From positions 35,410-67,409 of the forward strand of contig CAZSHG010000005.1 in the NCBI GenBank assembly GCA_964606695.1: 32,000 bases of DNA, given 5' to 3'. This stretch comes from an uncultured bacterium. GTDB taxonomy: Bacteria > UBP14 > UBA6098. Position 1 is the stretch's first letter; each line of letters starts with the position of its first letter. This document shows, piece by piece, positions 26,788 to 32,000 of the stretch. The position numbers were made by a program, and so were the translations under genes. Below the pieces are notes generated by a model. The model had not been told where the DNA came from. It searched no databases and worked only from the letters and a program-made list of their open reading frames with translations.

Positions 26788-27174
26788 ATGGCAAGAATTG
26801 CAGGAGTTGACTTACCCAACGAGAAGCGCATCGACGTCGCTTTGACCTATATCTACGGTATCGGTTCTATCAGTAGCAAGCAGATACTGGACGCCGTCAA
26901 AGTCGATCCTTCGCTCAGGGTTCACGAGTTAAACGAGGGCGATATTTCTAAGATTCGCCAGGAAATCGACGAGAACTATTCTGTAGAAGGTTCGCTTCGC
27001 GCTCAAAAAGCCGGCAACATCAAACGACTAATCGAAATCGGGTCGTATCGCGGAATGCGACATAAAATAGGTCTTCCGGTTCGCGGTCAACGGACGAAAA
27101 CCAACGCGCGCACCCGCAAAGGCCCCAAACGCACCGTCGGCTTGGGACGCAAAACCGTAGGCAAAAAAGGTTAA
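26788..27174 (+). CDS. rpsM: 30S ribosomal protein S13
   Basis: [34 protein letters not shown]...[18 protein letters not shown]. Confidence 0.97.
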   Translation: MARIAGVDLPNEKRIDVALTYIYGIGSISSKQILDAVKVDPSLRVHELNEGDISKIRQEIDENYSVEGSLRAQKAGNIKRLIEIGSYRGMRHKIGLPVRGQRTKTNARTRKGPKRTVGLGRKTVGKKG

Positions 27175-27193
27175 AGGATAGCAGGAGGATATA

Positions 27194-27592
27194 GTGGCTA
27201 AAGCAAAGAAAACGAAACGTCAGCCGCGCCGTATAAAGAGAACGGCACCGGAAGAGGGTATCGTTCATATCAAGGCGACGTTTAATAATACGATCGTTTC
27301 TATCACGGATAGCAAAGGCAACGCATATAGCTGGAGCTCCGGCGGCCGTATCGGTTTCACCGGGTCGAAGAAATCTACTCCGTATGCCGCGCAATTGGCG
27401 GCTCGTGAAGCGGCTGAAAAGGTTATGGAAATGGGAATGAAAACGGTCGAAGTCCACACTAAAGGTCCCGGGAGCGGCAAAGAAGCGGCTCTGAGAGCGC
27501 TGTCAGCCACGGGGCTTCGCGTCAGCCGTGTTAAGGATATAACACCAGTTCCTTTCGGCGGTTGTAGAGGTAAAAAACGCCGAAGGGTTTAG
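27194..27592 (+). CDS. rpsK: 30S ribosomal protein S11
   Basis: [51 protein letters not shown]. Confidence 0.97.
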   Translation: MAKAKKTKRQPRRIKRTAPEEGIVHIKATFNNTIVSITDSKGNAYSWSSGGRIGFTGSKKSTPYAAQLAAREAAEKVMEMGMKTVEVHTKGPGSGKEAALRALSATGLRVSRVKDITPVPFGGCRGKKRRRV

Positions 27593-27603
27593 GAGAGTAT
27601 ATT

Positions 27604-28236
27604 ATGGCAAGATACACCGGACCGGTTTGCAGGCTTTGTAGAAGAGAAGGCCAGAAACTTTTCTTAAAGGGCGAACGCTGTCATTCTGATTCATGCGCGA
27701 TCACGCGGCGGGGCGAAACTCCTCCCGGCAGTTACAAGCAGGGAAGGCGTTTCAGAAAACCATCCGATTACGCGATTCGACTGCGCGAGAAACAAAAGCT
27801 ACGAAGGATTTACGACGTATTCGAAAGGCAATTCAGACGCTATTTCAAGAAGGCCAGTAGCATGAAGGGCGTTACCGGCACGAATCTGTTGCAACTTCTG
27901 GAATTGAGGTTGGATAACGCCGTATATCGCCTCGGGTTTTCGCCTTCGAGGAAAGCCGGGCGGCAATTGGTCAGGCACGGACATATCGAGGTCAACAGCA
28001 GGAAAACCGATATACCGTCATTTTCTCTTTCTCCAGGCGACGTCGTTTCCGTTAGAGAGAAAAGCAAAGACCTCGAGATAATACACAATTCACTTCGCAA
28101 TATCGGCGAAAACGTCCCGGCATGGCTGGATCTGGAGAAGGCCAAGCTTCAGGGCAAAATCAATAATGTTCCCACACGCGAAGAAATCGCTATTGAAGTC
28201 GAGGAGCAGTATGTCGTCGAATATTATTCGAGATAA
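27604..28236 (+). CDS. rpsD: 30S ribosomal protein S4
   Basis: [33 protein letters not shown]...[11 protein letters not shown]-like region [32 protein letters not shown]. Confidence 0.97.
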   Translation: MARYTGPVCRLCRREGQKLFLKGERCHSDSCAITRRGETPPGSYKQGRRFRKPSDYAIRLREKQKLRRIYDVFERQFRRYFKKASSMKGVTGTNLLQLLELRLDNAVYRLGFSPSRKAGRQLVRHGHIEVNSRKTDIPSFSLSPGDVVSVREKSKDLEIIHNSLRNIGENVPAWLDLEKAKLQGKINNVPTREEIAIEVEEQYVVEYYSR

Positions 28237-28257
28237 TTAATAAAAGGAGGTTCGCGA

Positions 28258-29247
28258 ATGAAATGGAAGAGTATGCAAATGCCGAAAGAAGTGGTTCTCG
28301 ATCCGGCGTCCGCAACGGATACTTTTGGCAGATTCATAATCGAACCGCTGGAAAAAGGTTACGGGGTTACAATCGGTAACGCTTTAAGGCGAGTCGTCCT
28401 TTCGTCTATGCAGGGCTCCGCCATAACAGCAATAAGGATCGAAGGCGTTCAACACGAATTCTCGACCATCGAGGGCGTTTACGAGGATGTTACGGAAATC
28501 ATCCTTAATCTTAAAGGCATCCGTTTCAAAGTTCACAGCGACTATCCAAAAGATATGCATATCGATGTCGATAAGAAAGGGGAAGTTAAGGCCAAGAAAA
28601 TAAAGGGCGATTCTTCGATAGAAATCCTGAACAAAGACCATCACATCGCCACGCTGACGGATAATGTCCATTTTAAGGTCGAACTCGAATTGGGCGTAGG
28701 CAAGGGCTTTAATACGGCGGAGGAGAACGTCAAGGAAGATCATCCCGTAGGAACTATTCCCATCGATAGCATATTCACGCCCATATTGAAAGCCGAATAT
28801 AACGTGGAACAGGCGCGAGTCGGCCAGAAGACCGATTACGACCGTCTTATATTCGAGCTTACCACCGACGGCAGTCTCACGCCCGAAGAATCGCTTGCGA
28901 TGGGCGCGAAACTACTCATGGATCACTTCGATCTGTTCCTCTCCCCCGATACCGACGTGGATAGGATGGAAGAGGAAGAGATTGACGAAGAGGTTCTCAA
29001 GATCCGCGAACTCCTGAAGATGCCCGTAGATGAACTTGAGTTATCGGTTCGTTCATCGAATTGCCTTCGCGCGGCAAATATCGATAATCTCGAAGAACTC
29101 GTCCAGAAAACCGAGACTGAGATGCTTCAATACAGGAATTTCGGTAGGAAATCGCTCGCCGAAATCAACGAGGTTTTAGCGAAACTCGGTCTTTCCTTTG
29201 GTATGGATGTTAGCAAGTATATGGAAAGAAAAGCAGGCATAAAATGA
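28258..29247 (+). CDS. rpoA: DNA-directed RNA polymerase alpha subunit
   Basis: FGRFIIEPLEKGYGVTIGNALRRVVLSSMQGSAITAIRIEGVQHEFSTIEGV; C-terminal ELSVRSSNCLRAANIDNLEELVQKTETEMLQYRNFGRKSLAEI. Confidence 0.97.
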   Translation: MKWKSMQMPKEVVLDPASATDTFGRFIIEPLEKGYGVTIGNALRRVVLSSMQGSAITAIRIEGVQHEFSTIEGVYEDVTEIILNLKGIRFKVHSDYPKDMHIDVDKKGEVKAKKIKGDSSIEILNKDHHIATLTDNVHFKVELELGVGKGFNTAEENVKEDHPVGTIPIDSIFTPILKAEYNVEQARVGQKTDYDRLIFELTTDGSLTPEESLAMGAKLLMDHFDLFLSPDTDVDRMEEEEIDEEVLKIRELLKMPVDELELSVRSSNCLRAANIDNLEELVQKTETEMLQYRNFGRKSLAEINEVLAKLGLSFGMDVSKYMERKAGIK

Positions 29248-29879
29248 GACATAATAAATCAGGAAGAAAATTAGGTCGCAATGCGACGCATAAAAAGGCC
29301 ATGATGAAAAACATGGCAACCAGTCTTTTCAGATACGGCAGTATTCGGACCACCCTTTCCAAAGCGAAAGAAGTCCGTCCTTACGCTGAAAGACTTATAA
29401 CACGAGCTATCGACGCTTCGCTTTCGGACAAGCGGCTTATAATTAGCAAGCTTGCCGACCGGTCGGTCGCCCACCATCTGATTAACGAAGTCGCGCCTCT
29501 TCTTGAAAACCGAAAGGGCGGATATCTAAGAATAATCAAACTCGGCCCCCGCCAGGGCGACGGTGCCGAGATGGCGATAATCGAAATCGTTTCGGAAGAG
29601 GTTAAGAAACAGGAACGTAAACGGCATAAGAGGGAAAAAAAGGAAACTCCGGAGAAAGCCAAAGAGAAGTCGGAATCTAAGGATTCGGAAGTTCCAGAAG
29701 ATCACAATAAAATCCATCCCCGAGACGAACAGACGAAGGAACACCTGACCAGCGGATCAAAAGCGGAGGGTTCGAGGAAATCCAGTAAACCTCCCAAACG
29801 CAGTGTTCCAAAGCAGATATCGGTTAATCGGGGAACTTCGACGCCAAAAACGCCTCCGCCCTCAAGCCAGGAAAACTAA
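29244..29879 (+). CDS. rplQ: 50S ribosomal protein L17 with long charged C-terminal extension
   Basis: MRHNKSGRKLGRNATHKKAMMKNMATSLFRYGSIRTTLSKAKEVRPYAERLI then a K/E/S/P-rich tail; 211 aa. Confidence 0.95.
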   Translation: MRHNKSGRKLGRNATHKKAMMKNMATSLFRYGSIRTTLSKAKEVRPYAERLITRAIDASLSDKRLIISKLADRSVAHHLINEVAPLLENRKGGYLRIIKLGPRQGDGAEMAIIEIVSEEVKKQERKRHKREKKETPEKAKEKSESKDSEVPEDHNKIHPRDEQTKEHLTSGSKAEGSRKSSKPPKRSVPKQISVNRGTSTPKTPPPSSQEN

Positions 29880-30341
29880 ATGGCGGAGGAGAAGCGGGGA
29901 AAACTCGGGCTGATCCTCGCCATGTTATTCTCGCTGTTTTTTTTATCGATTATCGGATTATATGGTGTATATTGGTCGGCGTTGAATAAAGAGAACATTG
30001 GGCAAGCCCGGGATTCTAACGAGGACATAATCGATAGCACCAGAGATGTTTTAGCCGATACCGGGCTGTATGTCGAAGAGAACACCGAGAGCGGAGTCAA
30101 ACGGCTTCGCTCTCTCTTATTATCTCGATTGCCGTCGAGAACGGAACCGGAAAGATTCACCCGCGTTTTCAATCGACTGGAACGGGCCGAAGATGAAAAT
30201 CGGATAGACAGGGATCGATTCGAGTTGTTTCCGGAAATCCTCAAAATGGCGTTATCAGACGGCGAGATCGATTATGAAGAACTCGAACTACTTCTGGATA
30301 ATCTGGAACTATCTATCATTTCGGAAAGGGAAGGAAAATGA
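29880..30341 (+). CDS. Hypothetical protein with one N-terminal transmembrane helix
   Basis: MAEEKRGKLGLILAMLFSLFFLSIIGLYGVYWSALNK then a charged soluble domain; tightly packed between rplQ and the next gene. Confidence 0.65.
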   Translation: MAEEKRGKLGLILAMLFSLFFLSIIGLYGVYWSALNKENIGQARDSNEDIIDSTRDVLADTGLYVEENTESGVKRLRSLLLSRLPSRTEPERFTRVFNRLERAEDENRIDRDRFELFPEILKMALSDGEIDYEELELLLDNLELSIISEREGK

Positions 30342-31303
30342 CGCAGGACAAAGTAAAAATCGGCGTAATAGGCACGGGACATCTCGGGAATTACCATACG
30401 AAAATACTCGGTGAACTCGCCAGCGCCGACCTTGTGGGAATTTTCGATATCGATAAACAACGCGCCGGTGAAATATCGTCGAAATACGGAACCATCGCAT
30501 TTAGCACGATGGACGAGTTACTCGATAAATGTTCTGCCGTTGTGATAGCCTCCCCCACCGCGACACACCGTGCGATTACCGAACGGGCTATCGAATACGG
30601 TTGCCACGTTCTCGTCGAAAAGCCGATTGCGGAGAGCACGTCGGAGGGATTGGAGATGGTCGCCGTAGCGCGTTCCGCTAACAGGATTATTATGGTCGGC
30701 CACGTAGAACATTTCAATCCGGCTTTCACAGCGGCAAGGAAATACCTTGCGAATCCTCGATTCATAGAATCTCACAGGCTGACTATTTACAGAGGGCGTG
30801 GAGCCGATGTTTCCGTAGTTCATGATTTACTGATTCACGATCTCGAGCTCGTCCTTGCGGTTCTGGAAGAACCTGTAGCATCTATGTCCGCATCGGCGAG
30901 TCAGATATTAACCGAAAGCCCGGACATCGCTAACGTCCGGCTCAGGTTCAAAAGCGGGTGCGTTGCGAATCTTACAGCGAGTCGCATCTCTCTTACCAAC
31001 ATGCGCAAGATGCGTTTCTTTGTTCCAGGAGCGTATATCGGCCTCGATTTCGGCGGTAAGGTCGAAGTGGCGACTCTATCCGGCTCCGACCTCAAAGCGC
31101 CAGACACCGCTGAAGCTTTCGAGCTTCCAACGGGCGAGACAATATACCGCTGGAATATACCCGTTCCCGAAACCAACGCTCTACAATCGGAGCTTGAACA
31201 CTTCATCGATTGCGTTCGAACCGGCGAAGAACCTCTTGTTTCGGGAAAGCGGGGTCTCGAAGCTCTTCGGCTTGCGGATAAAATACTTGAAAACATCGAT
31301 TAA
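30338..31303 (+). CDS. Gfo/Idh/MocA-family NAD(P)-dependent oxidoreductase
   Basis: VKIGVIGTGHLGNYHTKIL...VVIASPTATHRAITERAIEYGCHVLVEKPIAES...GHVEHFNPAF; ATGA overlap with the preceding ORF. Confidence 0.9.
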   Translation: MTQDKVKIGVIGTGHLGNYHTKILGELASADLVGIFDIDKQRAGEISSKYGTIAFSTMDELLDKCSAVVIASPTATHRAITERAIEYGCHVLVEKPIAESTSEGLEMVAVARSANRIIMVGHVEHFNPAFTAARKYLANPRFIESHRLTIYRGRGADVSVVHDLLIHDLELVLAVLEEPVASMSASASQILTESPDIANVRLRFKSGCVANLTASRISLTNMRKMRFFVPGAYIGLDFGGKVEVATLSGSDLKAPDTAEAFELPTGETIYRWNIPVPETNALQSELEHFIDCVRTGEEPLVSGKRGLEALRLADKILENID

Positions 31304-32000
31304 TGGGTAATAATCTATTAATAATCGCAGGTGAACCTTCCGGGGACGCTCTTGGAGGTCCTCTGGCCAAACACATTTTCGAACTGAAGCCGGATTTACA
31401 TATGTGGGGTTACGGCGGAGATTCCATGAGTAAAGCCGGTGTCGAGATTCTCACACCGGTCGGCGAACTCGCTGTAATGGGTTTTCGCGATGTCGTCGGG
31501 AGACTACCGGAAATGTTCAGAAGAATGAGTTCGCTGACCGAAGAAGCAGTTCGTCGCAACGCGGACGGCGCTGTTTTAATCGATTATCCCGGTTTCAATA
31601 TCAGATTGGCGGAGAGATTAGCCAAACACGGAATACCGATTGTTTATTACGTTTCGCCGCAGGTCTGGGCATGGAAACCCGGCAGAATCAAAAAGCTCGC
31701 AAAATCCATTTCGAGAATGCTGACGATACTACCCTTCGAAAAAGAACTATATGAAGAAGAAGGCGTTCCGGTATCCTATGTCGGTCATTATTTTGTGGAT
31801 GAAGTTATACCGACAATCGAGCCATCCGAATTCAGGAGGAATCTGCAATTCGACGAACCGTTGTTGCTGATCCTTCCGGGTAGCAGAAAGCAGGAGGTAT
31901 CGAGACTCCTCGAAATTATGATAGAGGCCTTCTCTATCCTGAAATCGCAAATACCGGATTTAACCGGTCTGGTGGTCAAAGCGCCGGATTTACCCGATTC
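31303..32000 (+). CDS. lpxB: Lipid-A-disaccharide synthase, 3' truncated by the window edge
   Basis: MGNNLLIIAGEPSGDALGGPLAKHIFELKPDLHMWGYGGDSMSKAGVE...VLIDYPGFNIRLAERLAKHGIPIVYYVSPQVWAWKPGRI...LPFEKELYEEEGVPVSYVGH; open to the window end, absent from the ORF track. Confidence 0.93.
   Translation, partial: MGNNLLIIAGEPSGDALGGPLAKHIFELKPDLHMWGYGGDSMSKAGVEILTPVGELAVMGFRDVVGRLPEMFRRMSSLTEEAVRRNADGAVLIDYPGFNIRLAERLAKHGIPIVYYVSPQVWAWKPGRIKKLAKSISRMLTILPFEKELYEEEGVPVSYVGHYFVDEVIPTIEPSEFRRNLQFDEPLLLILPGSRKQEVSRLLEIMIEAFSILKSQIPDLTGLVVKAPDLPD

Noticed and set aside
19864-29662. Many long antisense ORFs opposite the ribosomal genes (e.g. 19864-20610, 22847-23683, 27020-27457)
   Set aside because: They mirror well-supported ribosomal protein, secY and rpoA genes and show only low-complexity or antisense-like sequence.

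Overview
This window reads as ordinary bacterial chromosome from a Gram-negative, probably FCB-group-like lineage (inferred from a PorV-like barrel, lpxB, split rfaE1/rfaE2 and a 'PNPFNSA' sorting-type C-terminus). Left part (1-19 kb): GGDEF protein (truncated at the left edge), ispD, a baeRF/Vms1-like release-factor homologue, a PorV-OmpA fusion, yhaM-like HD protein, rfaE2, rfaE1, nrdR, a type IV pilin-like protein, an alpha/beta hydrolase, mreB, a thioredoxin-fold protein, two paralogous 7-blade LVIVD propeller proteins, metK, a sugar nucleotidyltransferase, a phosphoglucose/phosphomannose isomerase, tRNA-Ala(CGC) and fabG. Right part (19.2-29.9 kb): a ribosomal cluster rpsQ-rplN-rplX-rplE-rpsN-rpsH-rplF-rplR-rpsE-rpmD-rplO-secY-adk-map-infA-rpmJ-rpsM-rpsK-rpsD-rpoA-rplQ, then a small membrane protein, a Gfo/Idh/MocA oxidoreductase and partial lpxB. 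The best candidates for something undescribed are: (1) a perfect four-helix junction encoded at 7785-7990 between nrdR and the pilin gene (10+17+12+11 perfect base pairs, no unpaired junction bases, followed by a T-run); (2) an attenuator-like leader with mutually exclusive hairpins upstream of rpsQ (19080-19195); (3) two degenerate arrays that both have a 21-bp period; (4) near-identical propeller blades whose variation is confined to two short windows; (5) palindromic elements inside or next to the C-terminal domains of these propeller genes. No CRISPR array, transposase, reverse transcriptase or obvious defence system was seen. All calls are from reading the sequence by eye; no database search or folding was run.
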